The notes under the pieces were generated by a model. It did no database searches, had not been told where the DNA came from, and saw only the letters and a list, made by a program, of their open reading frames with translations. Made by a program: the position numbers and the translations under genes. From contig MNCI01002538.1 in the NCBI GenBank assembly GCA_015680685.1, positions 523,290 through 587,289 on the forward strand: a DNA stretch of 64,000 bases, given 5' to 3'. Numbering within the stretch: position 1 is the stretch's first letter; every line of letters begins with the position of its first letter. Positions 41,701 through 54,346 of this stretch are shown here, piece by piece. This DNA comes from Gnetum montanum (taxonomy: Eukaryota > Plantae > Gnetophyta).

Positions 41701-44400
41701 TGAGTCTACTTTTAGTTAAGGTACTTTGTGCTCTATACACCTCCCAATGTTGGAAGGCTAACCGGGTTCTAGCTAAGTCCTCATAAACAAGAGTGTTGAA
41801 GGGATCTTGAGCTAATATATCAGATACATGTTCAATAGTAAGGTAAATGTTGTTGTACTCTTGTTTAGCCTGAGTAGCAATTACCTTACCATATGAACAA
41901 GTAAAGTTCCACACTCTACAAAAATCATGATGCCACCACTGAATCCAACCCACCTAATCTAAGGATGGAGATTCAGCATTCCAAAGGTTACAAAAAAGAA
42001 GTCAGGTAGAAAGGGTAGAGAAACAGGTAGAAAGGGTAGCGAAATAGTGGTTATGTAGCTGAAAAAGATGGAATTTATGTCGATGGCTATTACCATGAAT
42101 CTAGATAGAGATAGAGATGGGAAGATGGTTTTATAAGATAGCATGATGATGAATCATGGTAGTGGAGAAGGCTTGCCACAAAGAGGGGATGAAAAAATAG
42201 AACTTGTCTAACTTACTATATATGTGTGCCTACCTAATATGTAGATTGATCCAAGTACATCTATGAAGGGGATTATTAGCAGAGGCATCCATCCCATCTG
42301 AGAGGTAGATTTTTTTCTTAAAAGTTGACTACATCTAATACTTGGAATTTGGTAGTTGAAAAAACACCCTCAATCTTATCTTGAGGGAATTCTATCATAT
42401 TAAAATCTTCTTAAAAAATCCAAGGTATTGGAGGAATAGAATTAGCAAGTTCCTACCATAGGAGAGCATGTTTTGTAGAATCGTTAGGGGCATAAATTGA
42501 GAAAATACCAAAAGGGAAATGCAAGGAAGAGAAGGTACTCCATGAAGCTCTATGGCTAGAATCAAAACCACTTTGAATGATTTTATCCTTTCGATGGGTC
42601 GAGAAGATAATGGCAACTCCCCCTTTCCCACTCATGTGGGACATAGTAAGAATTGAGGAGTGAGGAAGAAACCATTGGGCTAAAGGAGATAAATGATCTA
42701 CTGAAATTTTAATTTCTTGAAGGAGAATGAAACCTAAACCAATATTTAGATTAGAAAGAAAGTTTCCTGCACACTTTTGTTGAAGCCTATGAATAAGGCC
42801 TTGGACATTCCATGACAAGAGATTCATGGGGAAGCATAGGGCATGTCAAATGAGAGGTTAAAAAAAGGATTGAAAGTCAAAGTATCCACTTCCATTGTCT
42901 ATAAAAGAATGGAAAAGAAGTTGTTTATAATGATAGGGGCCACAGAAGTGTTCAGAGGAGAGAAAGTGGAGGGTGGAGTTATAGGGAAAGAAGCTTTGAC
43001 TCATTTACTTGCACTGCCCATCATAAACTCCTTATCAATGACAAAGTCCTTGAAGAACTTTGAGGGGATAACATGTGCTAAGGTGTGTGCACCAAACTAT
43101 GATGCTAGTGCCTTTGTGAGGTTGGACAAAGATGAAGACTTTGGAGATATTTTAGAAGAAGGATTTGAACCTAAAGAATTTTGATGGTAGGTGGGAAGAT
43201 ATCTTTGGAAACTGGGTTTTTTGAAATGTGGTGGATTATTTTTTCCTAGTTAAGGAGGGACATGCAAAGATATGATGCTTGACCCAATGATAGTAGCTGC
43301 ATAAGTTTGGAAGATAGAAGTAATTAACTTTTTGGGTGAAGAGTTTCTGATTGGCTATGAGGGTTAACAAGGTTTTTCTAAGAGCTATATCAAGTTCGAT
43401 ATAGAAGCAAAAAATTTGAGTTGCATTGATCATAGTGCTATGTTTAGAAATAACTAGACTAAGGGTACTCACAATGTCCCTCTCTATGAATGAGTGGAAG
43501 ATTTGGAAATTTCACATAATAGGAAATTGTGTTATATGTTGGGTCATTAACATTAAAGTCAAATCTCTAGGAACGTGCAATTAAAGTGGCATTCCAAGTT
43601 GGAAAAATTTTTAGGAAGAGAGCCTTCTCAACTTGAGAGGCCTCAGATAATTCTATTAGAATATAGTTATGAGTAGAGTAACGGGCATGAGAAACTTGAA
43701 TGCCCTATGGTAGAAGCAGGTTTTGAATTTGTGTGTTAATGCTTAGGGACCTCAATAGAAACTCCATTATTTGAAGAAAAATAAAACGCATAGCAAAATA
43801 TTTAAAAAATTCTTCAAAAATATCATCCAGAAGAAGGAAATCCATTTTGGAAAAGTTAGAAGAACTTCCTTGATGTAGAGAAGAATTGGAAGAATTTGCC
43901 ATTGTAGAACTAGCACCACTTAGCCACCCACTATAATGTTAAACCCCATGACAATAGCATAGAATAGCATCACCAACCACCACACCAACCCATGAGGAGA
44001 GCGCAATGGTGGCTACACCAAAAGAAACCACACAAGAAACCCTTAGACACTACCACCACCAATGCAGCAACACCCTCAACAACCTAGCAAGTAGTAGAGT
44101 AGTAGCCCTCGCCCAACTAGTAGCAATAGCACTATAATGTAGACCTCACTGCCCACCAAAACCATTGTCCCTTAGCCACTGGAGCACAGCGCAACACAAC
44201 AATCTAGGAAGCCAAGATAGCATAGCAACACGGCAGTAGAAAATGTAGCAAAATATTAAAAAGCCCAAAATATAGGAGAAATTCTAACTAGAGGAGTCGT
44301 TGTGCAACATAGTAGCTCCCAAGTACCCTACTACCTTGAGACCATGGTGTAGCCCCACACACAATAGAGAGAACAAGGCAAACAAGCACACAATGGGCCA
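38705..44400 (-). mobile_element. Near full-length but decayed L1-type LINE (5' UTR, ORF1 ~43902-42840, ORF2 42827-~38750)
   Basis: ORF2 starts MNLLSWNVQGL and has LQEIK and SIYAPN (APE), then KLDYAKAYD and QGCPLAPYLF (RT), then KYFLWCLIHQGLP-like sequence (zf-RVT). An ORF1 zinc-knuckle remnant lies near 43280 and the A-rich 3' end near 38710. Confidence 0.9.
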
Positions 44401-44759
44401 CCTAATGGTTAGTTATGAGGGTTTGAACAGGAGATATGCAGAAAAATGTTGATAATGTCATACATCCCCCAGTGGATACATGGAAGTTGAATATGAAATG
44501 CAAGGGTAGATATTTATTAAGGAATATATCCATAGTTTTGGTATTCTTATAATGAAAATAATACGTGAAAGAAGGAACAATGATTTTTATACATTCAATG
44601 GGGGGACTCTTTAAATGAGGAGGAGCATGACCTTCTTCTCCAACTACAACAACTATAAGAAGAAGAAGAAGAAGAATATTGTAAAGAAAGATCACATACA
44701 AAATAGGTAAGGGATGATGATTGAAATCCAAAATTATTTTTTGTTGTGATGACACCTAA

Positions 44760-46450
44760 CGAGGCTAAAAGGATTAATGTTGTTTCCTAAGGGGCAAACT
44801 TGGTTCACAATACACATAATATTGCCCAAGTAATGCAGTAGTAATGGTCTAGAATCTGGAATGGGGGTGATCCCTTTCCTATCTCCATTCCAATCCAGCA
44901 GATTATTTAGAATTAGGGCAATGAAAGACTAATTGCTCCTATTACTAAGTAGGAACTCTTAGAAGTCATGAGATCATTGAAAACTACTTGGGCCTCAGGA
45001 TTGGATGGATGGTCAATTAAGTTCTTCAAAGAATTTTTTGACCTCTTAGGGGATAACATCGTTGATGTCTTCAAACTTATGCTTCAATGGGAACAGGTCA
45101 AACATGAGATTAACTACTCAAGAATTATGCCCATATGGAAAATCTAGAACCCTACAAAGCCAGCACACTTTAGATCCATCAGAGCATGCAATACACTTCT
45201 AAAACTATTCACAAAGATCTTGGTCATGTGAATCCAACCACTAATGTGATTCCTCATGGACATCCAGCAAGATAGATTTGTTAAGAAAATGTTTATTTAG
45301 GACTGGATACCAATGTTACATGAAGTTACACATTCAGTTTAGAAAGTCAAATTTCAAGGTATGTGTATTAAATTAGATATTGCTAAGGCATATGATAACC
45401 ATGTATTGGGGCTCCCTCAAAGACATCAACTTTATTATTTTATGTATAAACCTTGAGGTCACTGGAGCCTATTCCTTTAATATCAATGAATGTTTATGAG
45501 GGTTTTTCTCCCCACACTGGAAACTACACCGAGGCAATCCCCTCCCACTATACATGTTCATTATTGCCATGGACACAATGAATTCATACTATAAGTTAGA
45601 AGGGGTTAAAGGAATAAACATTGTGGGAATCACATGTATTGATGAATTCTATGTAGATGACATGATATTGGTTACAAGGGTGGCTATATCATAGGTGTAG
45701 GACATGGCTAGAGCCCTCATGAGAATGTCCTAGGAAATTTGTCGTACTATTAATTGGGACAATTCTAGTGCTAATTTCTTTTGTATAGAAACAAATGTTA
45801 AAGAAATATGTTGCATTCTTGAAATCCTATTAAGATATCCTCAAGAATCCTACTTAGGAGTGCCCATGTTTGCATGGAATAGGAATATCACCTACAATTG
45901 TCTAATTCAAAAGATCCAATCTAGTGTATAACACTAGACTTCTTGCTTTCAAACAAGGAAAGAGTAGATGCTACTAGCCTCATTGGTCCTTTCTCTCATG
46001 TCCAAGTTTATTTCTTCAATGGCTACATCTCCAAAAAGGGGTTATCACCAAACTAGACCAAATAATTGAAAACTTAATCTAGTTAAGAGGAAATGAAGGC
46101 AATTGGTTGCAACTTATATGTTGGTAAAACGTGGCATGGTTGAAGAACTTAGGGGTTAAGGTGATGGGTTTTTAGGATATCATCCTAGTGGGTTTTCAGT
46201 GTCTTATTAACTGACTCATATAAGAGGATAGAGGATAGACACACTAGGTGATTATTTTGAAAGGAAATATCAATCATGGAATAGGAACATGTGGGACTCT
46301 AACTTATGGCAAAAAGTTTGCATGTATGCATAAAGAGGGCTCTTAGGGATGCCACTATGGAAAATAATGAAACATAAATGCCCCACTACTCATGGTTGGA
46401 AAAACATTTGAAGGGGATTACTATAAAAAAAATTAAGTGCTTCTTGTGGC
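44760..46450 (+). mobile_element. Degenerate L1-type LINE RT fragment
   Basis: ASGLDGW..KFFKEF, HFRSI, KLDIAKAYD (~45370), FYVDDMIL (~45650) and YLGVPM occur in the correct order. Confidence 0.8.
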
Positions 46451-47340
46451 TCATACTCTAAGGCAACCTCTTAGTTCAAGCCTTACTCTAGGAACATGGT
46501 CTTCTAATAAATAACAGATATCCCCTTTGCCATCTTGTAGAGCTTTTCATCCACCTCTGTCTCTTTACTAGAGTAATCTAGAGAGCATTAGGCATCATGC
46601 CTCCACAACGACTTAGCAACGACTCTGTGATAAGTGTAGTACTTTAGGCCCTTTGGCAAGCATGCAACAAACTAATATTTGAGGCCTCCTTGCTTAGTGC
46701 ATCATCACAAATTGTTTTGCATGCTAGATAGTATTGGAAGGAAGTTACAGTGGCAATGATGGTGATCCCTAAATTCGAATCAAGCTACAAGGGTTTTAAG
46801 AGAAATCAACTACAATGGGACATGGTGGTATAGATTAGGTGGGATGACCTTCTTCCCCTCCACATCAATGATCTTAACCTCTCCTATGCTCCATTTTATA
46901 GGTTATGGAGAGGTGATTTTACCACATTTCATGGTGTCCATATGCATCTCATTGAAGTAGCTATTGTGGAGTATTCAAGCCTACATGTGGTAGGTGAGAT
47001 TATGTTGCCTATAAGGTAAAGGCTATAGGATGCATAAAGGTTTTTCAATGGGCCAGTCTCAAAAATAGGGAGTGGCCAAATCCCCAAGTTATCCCTCCCA
47101 TAGTTATGGCAAGAGGTGGTGAAGCTATTAGAATAATTTTTCGTCCAATCCAACAACATCTAGAAACTACACTTTGTGCACTTTGTCTTTCTTAGGTGCA
47201 TGTAACTAGGGTAGCTACCAAGCTTACCTAGATTCTTCCTAGCCTTCCTCAACTGATGGAGACAAGATCATCACTCTAGCCTCATTCTCTCTTTGGTAGG
47301 TGACATAACTACTATAGCCACTATGATGGTGTTATCCTTG

Positions 47341-48032
47341 TGATGAGTAGAGAGGTACCCCCTACACCCAACCATACGAATCACAAGTGTTTATGCATGA
47401 TCTAGTCAAATTCCATGGATGGGACTAGTTGTGGCATCTATATTGTTATTCCTTGATCACAATTCATTATTTTCCCACTTGGACTAGTGGTAGCTTTGTC
47501 ATGTATGGTTTAGTCTAGAGTGAGGTATATGATAATTGATGTTATTTCAGTCATATGCTACTTCTAAAGATGATAAAGAAATCAATTATTTAACTAATTA
47601 ATAATGAAAAGTAAAGTCTAAACTAGCCTATGGGTGATAAGTGTCCATTCCTAGCTTGTCATACATGTCCTAAACCCACATATCCACTACTAGGACTACC
47701 AAATTCCTATTTACTAGGCAAACCAAGTAATAATGCTACTAGGGTTACCAAGCGAATACATGTTTATGCTTAAAATTGGTCATGCCCATACTATGGCCAC
47801 TCAATGACTATTCTATAAGACTACAAAACAAAACTACAAGAGTTTAGCTACTCTATTGACAAAACTATTCCCAAACCATGTGCCCAAGTGCTATATTTAG
47901 AGGTTAGCATACATCCCACAATATTGGATATTTGACATCGCTTCTTGGGCCCCAATATAGGGTATTTGATATTAAGGCTCCAATATCAGATTTGATATTT
48001 GAAATCGAAGCCAGAGAAAATACACTTCATCA
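47341..48032 (-). mobile_element. Solo LTR of the Athila-like family with intact 5-bp TSD
   Basis: It starts TGATGAG and ends CTTCATCA, flanked by CCTTG at 47336-47340 and 48033-48037. It is colinear with the 1164 LTR over its first ~400 bp. Confidence 0.85.
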
Positions 48033-48662
48033 CCTTGGAAAACATCATTTGACACCACCTAAGAGTCCTAGCAGCAACAATATGAGATGACAAACTCAAG
48101 GTGGACTACACCTTAATTCTTAACACCTTGTGTTATAGCATAGCACACAACCCCTTAGCTAATGGTTAGATGACTTAGTAAGATCATAAGCATTAATTAT
48201 GGAACCAAATCAATCGATTGTATGCATACATACACATACATAGTAGGAACACAATACACAAACTTTCCTAGAAGGACTACTATACATTCCTATAGTAACA
48301 CATGTAGTCTTAAGCCTAACTTCAAAGAGAGGGTGGTGGGTTGAGCATTGAAGCCAAAGCTCCTTTGCAAGCCTACATATCTAGTCATTTAATAGAGGCT
48401 TAGATATGTTCACACAACTCGATTTTAGGAAGAAGAGGTTTATCCTTTTTCATGCAAACTATACCAACCTTTCTACCTGGAGCACAATCTACTTAGTTGA
48501 CATGTGAGTTGGTCCTTTATCTATGGTTGTGAAATGAGAGAGTAGAATTGATTTTTCTACAATCAAAGAGAGGTTGTTTGTACCTTGGAGAAACCCCTTC
48601 ACGTACCTAGTAATATTCTTTCACTAGCATGTGTAAGAATCTTGGGGTTTAGTCTCATTGTG

Positions 48663-49090
48663 TGATGAGCAATAGGTATTTTCTACACCCAACTATATGA
48701 ATCACCAACGTGTATGCATAATTTGGTCAAATTCCATGGACTTTATTTATCTAAATGGCCAATATTCTTAGATGGTAAAATATATATAGTTATTATTCGT
48801 TATCTTTCCAATCAATAATTGTGTTAATTCATGTGTAGGATTAAGTGTGATTGAGTGTAAGATATTTATTTTTATACTTATTATTTTCTCTACTTATGAA
48901 ATGACTAAGTGAAGAAATATTAATATTTACATTAACTAACTAATTAACTACTTAATTAACTAACTAGCCTAAATGTGAAGTATCCATTTCCACTTTCTAT
49001 ATATATATCTTGAACATATGCTAATGTTGCTAGGTTACCAAGTGTTTATTACTAGGTGTACCAAGTATCCATTGCTAGGATTACCAAGTG
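48663..49090 (-). repeat. Truncated LTR of the same Athila-like family
   Basis: TGATGAGC..GGTATTTTCTACACCCAAC..GAATCAC through to the GGATTACCAAGT repeats matches 47341 and 1164. No far end or TSD was found. Confidence 0.7.
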
Positions 49091-51361
49091 TTAATTTTGG
49101 CAGAGAGGCCAAATCGTCTTGTAGGATAGGGGGGAGGTGGAGAGTGCATTTGTTGCCCTCAATGTCACGTGCCATGTAAGATCCCATGAAATGGAAAAAA
49201 ACATGAATCTAAGAGCCACATCTTTTCATATTCCTGTTGCATAGAATGTGAACCAAAGAGCCATAGATTTTCATATTCCCATTGCACACATAAAAAGGCC
49301 AAATGTAACCGAATGAAAAATGGAAATGGGAATGAGAATGAGAATTCCATTTCCATTCTGTCTCCATCTCCATTTGCAACTACTGTTGCAGGCCACCTAG
49401 CCCAACCAAACCAACTTCGATGACGCCAGCTTTAGAGCTCAACCAGAGCATTGGAAAGACACCTACGATGGTGGCCCATGCTTTACCCACAATAACAAGC
49501 TCATTGGCCAGTCAGCCCTTGTTGCATCCTTGCTTAACACCAAGGGCCATGACATGCACACATCATCGACAATCATAATACAATTTTTGTTATAATAGCT
49601 AAAAGATCCCTTCATTTAGATTTCTTTTTTTTCTATATAAAATTTAGATTTCTTTTTTCAATGCTTTCTGGAGTGGTAGGGAATTCTGAAATTGTAATTT
49701 TCTACTACTATCTTGAGTAATCTTCTTTTGCTACATCCTTTTTTAATGTAAACGAAAATTTTTAAGTTCATTTTCTCTTTATCTCATTATATATTTTATG
49801 TAGGTTTTATCATATCTATGATTGTGCTTTGAAATTCAATAGTTACCATGGAGTAGATGCGTTTAGTTGTTATGATTGTGACTACTTTTTCATTTGCAAT
49901 ATGTATTTTAATAAAATGTAAAAGTATTAGCATTTTTTCTAGCACATGAAAATTATTAGCCAATTCGAGATGTCACGATGATTTTGGTCATAATTTTAAC
50001 AATTTTCCTGCTTATTGGGAGGACTTAAAGAGTTCAAATTTGATAATTTCTTCTTACCTTCTCACATACAATGAGGCCTTTTCTTTATGTACATATTCTT
50101 TGATTGATGGAATCTAATGGATGATATGGTTGTTAACCTGGTAAATTTTAAACATGAGAACTTCTACACCTCTGACAACCTAGACCCTAAGAAGATCTCT
50201 AGCAAGATCATGTTGTGATGATCCTAACCAATGCTGAGGAAAATGGTAACGAGCTCTTTGCCGATGCACCTATCTTGCCATAATCATAAATAACAAATTA
50301 TTTATAAATCTTTCATAGCCAAAGAGCCATTGTAGGGGAACTAATAATTATATTTATCTTGGTTATTCATAATCTCAGTTATATATAATGATATATTTAT
50401 AATCATAAACATAAATGATTATATANNNNNNNNNNNNNNNNNNNNNNNNNNNNNNNNNNNNNNNNNNNNNNNNNNNNNNNNNNNNNNNNNNNNNNNNNNN
50501 NNNNNNNNNNNNNNNNNNNNNNNNNNNNNNNNNNNNNNNNNNNNNNNNNNNNNNNNNNNNNNNNNNNNNNNNNNNNNNNNNNNNNNNNNNNNNNNNNNNN
50601 NNNNNNNNNNNNNNNNNNNNNNNNNNNNNNNNNNNNNNNNNNNNNNNNNNNNNNNNNNNNNNNNNNNNNNNNNNNNNNNNNNNNNNNNNNNNNNNNNNNN
50701 NNNNNNNNNNNNNNNNNNNNNNNNNNNNNNNNNNNNNNNNNNNNNNNNNNNNNNNNNNNNNNNNNNNNNNNNNNNNNNNNNNNNNNNNNNNNNNNNNNNN
50801 NNNNNNNNNNNNNNNNNNNNNNNNNNNNNNNNNNNNNNNNNNNNNNNNNNNNNNNNNNNNNNNNNNNNNNNNNNNNNNNNNNNNNNNNNNNNNNNNNNNN
50901 NNNNNNNNNNNNNNNNNNNNNNNNNNNNNNNNNNNNNNNNNNNNNNNNNNNNNNNNNNNNNNNNNNNNNNNNNNNNNNNNGGTAATAATGAATATTTATT
51001 ATTATAAATGGTGGGTAATATCAAATATTTATTATTATGATAAATGGTGATGGTTATGATTATAGTAATAATGAATATTTATTATTATTATAAACGATGA
51101 TAATTATGATTACAGTGATGGTTACGATCATGGCAACGGTTAAGGTGATGACGGTTATGATGTGATGAAGTATTTAAAGATATTGAACTTAGGAATCGTG
51201 TTACAAGATTAAGAGGTGCAATATTGGAATTCATGCATTTTTAGAAACATGGATTCTGTTATTAGTCCCAATAGAGAAGGTGAAGAACACTTTCTTCAAG
51301 ATCAGCAACAACAACCATCTACTGCAACAAGTAGTGAAACAATTATCTACTACAACAAGTA

Positions 51362-52506
51362 ATGCAAACTCTACTTATATGTGAAGGTGCAAGGGTAATG
51401 CTTACAGTTAACCTTTGACCTGAAGTAGGATTGCTGAATGGTGCACTTGACATGATTCACAATATTATGTATCCTTAACGTAAATAGCCACCTGCATTAC
51501 CATTATATGTTATTGTTGATTTTGACAACTACATCAGATGTGCCTTTGATAATGGTAATCCTCATCATGTCTCAATTGTATCTGTGGTCCAAGGAGCATC
51601 TCGTCAGTTACCATTATGGTTGGCATGGGCCATGAATATTCATAAATCTCAAGGAATGACACTAGATAAGGTTACTATTCACATTGGTTCAAGAGAAGTT
51701 ATGGGTCTAACATTTGTTGCATTATCTGGAGTCAAGACCATTGATTCTTTAAAGATTCATCCTCCTTTCCATGTGCAAAGATACAGAAAGATTTTAGATG
51801 CTAAACATCTCCAAAGTAGAATTGCACAAGTAGTTCGTTTTGCTCAATTAGAGGATTAGGCATATTAAGTTCACACTTATCATTGTATTTTACCTTTTGC
51901 TCAATCCTATTATACAACTCTGTAATGTTTGTTGCAATAATTGTGCAATGTATTCCTTCATCAACATATAAAAAATATATAAACTTTTATTTTAACCAAT
52001 TTATGTTTACCAGTATATATTATTTGGAATGCAAATAGTGATGATAACTTAAAAAATAAAAAAAAAATTAAATTCTACTCATAGCCCATGAAACCACTAC
52101 CCAAGAGAACTTACGGGTCTAATGTTTGTTGCATTATCTGGAGTTAAGATTATTGATTCTTTAAGGATTCGTCCTCTTTTCTATGTGCAAAGATACAGAA
52201 AGATTTTAGATGCTAAACATCTACAAAGTAGAATTGCATAGGAAGTTCATTTTGCTCAATTGGAGGATTAGGTATATTAAGTTCATACTTATCATTGTAT
52301 TTTTCCTTTTTCTCAATCCTATTATATAGCTCTGTAATGTTTGTTGTAATAATTATGCAATGTATTCCTTCATCAACATATACAAAATATATAAACTTTT
52401 ATTTTAACTAATTTATGTTTACCAGTATATATTATTTGGAATGCAAATAGTGATGATAACTAATTAAGTTCTACACGTAGCCCGCAAAACTGATCCACTA
52501 CCCTAG
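51362..52506 (+). mobile_element. Helitron-like element remnant: Pif1 helicase C-terminal half (51362-51859, three in-frame stops) with tandemly duplicated 3' end
   Basis: A single frame reads GARVMLTVNL*PEVGLLNGA...RQLPLWLAWAMNIHKSQGMTLDKVTIHIG...GLTFVALSGV (Pif1 motifs V/VI). 51690-52101 is repeated at 52102-~52503, and a candidate CTAG end lies at 52503-52506. The element may start near 49100. Confidence 0.75.
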
Positions 52507-52933
52507 ATATATATATATATATATAAACTGGTTGAGATAATTTTTTTAAAAAAATAATGTTAACCAAGCCCGACTACTGGATGAGGTAACAAGATAACTA
52601 AAAATGGAATCACTCATCCCTCTTCTATTTCTCTGCCACTTACCTGATCTAGTTTTACCCTCCCGATCAAGTTTCCTCTTTCTTTGTTTGTTCATGGCAT
52701 TTTTTAGCATTATTTTTGCTAGAGATTTATTTCTCAAAAATGCCATGAACAAGCAAAAAAAGAGCAAACTTGACCAAGAGGGTAAAACTAAATTGGGTAA
52801 GTGGTAGAGAAATAGAGGAGGGATGAGTGATTCCATTTTTAGTTATCTTGTTACTTCGTCTAGTAGTTGGGCTTGGTTAACATCATTTTTTAAAAAAATC
52901 ATGTCGACCAATTTATATATATAGATATATATA
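52507..52933. repeat. ~430-bp foldback (MITE-like) with ~200-bp arms and ~30-nt loop, flanked by (TA)n
   Basis: 52507-52704 is the reverse complement of 52736-52933 at roughly 90% identity by eye, and the differences are mostly transitions. Confidence 0.92.
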
Positions 52934-53926
52934 AGCTAGTATATTATGCTTGAAGTGGTTGTACTCATGTTGCTTACAAATGATAATATGTCTTTTAAGC
53001 TTTTAGTTGTAATTTGCTATTTGTGGTAACAATGCTCTAAAATAGGACATTGCAAAACTATGTGATGATCATCTTCAATTACTCGCTAATTGCATAGGTG
53101 GCAAATTCTCTCTTCTTGTGGATTCTTGATCCATCTCCTTGTTTAAATTCTAAAATAGTGAGGGCCCAATCTTTCTTAGTTAATTTGATGTCGTAGATGA
53201 AGGGATATAGGAGCACATAAATAAGTTGTTTTTGTATTGAAGCCTTCACTAATATTAGTTAGGTAGAATTATTTTTTACCTATTGGATTATCCTATATGT
53301 GCAAAAGTGTTTTATCTCTAGTACATTTACATAGTTGTTTTGTATCACAATGTAGCACCTCCTCAAATCTATATACACACACTCAACATAGTTCATTTTT
53401 GTCATTTCTTTTAATAAACATAGAGTTAATGATATTTGGCCTTTTTGAGTATTTTATCATTAGCCATCAAAATACATAATCAAGTAAATCATTTACATAA
53501 TACATTTTCACCTCTATCAAAATGTAATTGAAATTATGCTCAACAAATTTATTGCCAAAGTTATTTCATTGCAAATTAATTTCAAAAGGTATAAAAATTG
53601 TCGATTTTTAATCACCACAAGGCATATAGTTAAAAGTTGAAGAAAGGATAATATAGCCATTACACAAATTATGCAATCATACACTATGTACATATCGTAA
53701 TTTACATATCTTAATTTTTATTTGGACTTTTTATTCACTAAGAAAGAATCAAGTTGAAGAGTTTGAACGGTAAGCCACGTTCGATTCTGAAATTTTCAGA
53801 AATTGTGAAAAATTTGCAGTACAACGGTAGCTTTGCACTAACCTATCCCATGGGGATTAAATGGGTAAATAATTCATTGGCATGGAATGGACTCGAGTTT
53901 CAATTAAAATTGCATATACTTTCCAT

Positions 53927-54346
53927 GGTCAAGTTTGTTCCATGAAAATTCTGGGGAAATGCGTTGGGCTGACTCTTCTCACACGGAATGTAGAAATCAG
54001 ATTTCTGTCCAACACGACACGACATGGCATTAAAGATGACTGTCGAAAAGGTCACCCAACAATGATTTTATTGACTCGGTACCAAAGCATGTATTAAGAA
54101 TTCATGGAATTTAGAACTTCAAATGGACATGGCAATTACGCGGACTACAGAATTCCAAAAAGATGAAGCTGATTTCTCATGCACCACATATATTTATGAA
54201 GAAAAGTCAATGTCTAGTCAAATGACTAAACATGGGCAGAGGAGATGGGTAGAGGAGTTTGAATTGAGCTCAACATCAACAGCATGTATTATTACATACG
54301 CCTTTCCTTCAGTCTCTTACCCATACCACATCCTTAGAGCATCACA
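53927..54346 (+). promoter_or_regulatory. Residual promoter of the LRR-RLK pseudogene with W-boxes and a CGCG box
   Basis: W-box cores occur at 53927, 54071, 54205 and 54216, and ACGCGG at 54138-54143. CpGs are retained locally. These are motif matches only. Confidence 0.4.

Noticed and set aside
46500-48600. Possible Gypsy integrase C-terminal remnant on the minus strand around the solo LTR
   Set aside because: The resemblance is too degraded to support by eye.
50415-51050. 211-aa and 201-aa ORFs
   Set aside because: They are artefacts of the N-gap 50426-50980, flanked by low-complexity AT-rich repeats.
52084-52122. Possible Helitron 3' hairpin (GCCCATGAA...TTACGGGTCTAAT)
   Set aside because: The right half is simply the start of the duplicated helicase segment (matches 51690 onward), not a terminal hairpin.
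52546-52836. Two near-identical small proteins (MESLIP...) on opposite strands, superficially like a sense/antisense peptide pair
   Set aside because: They are a direct consequence of the palindrome, with no independent coding evidence.
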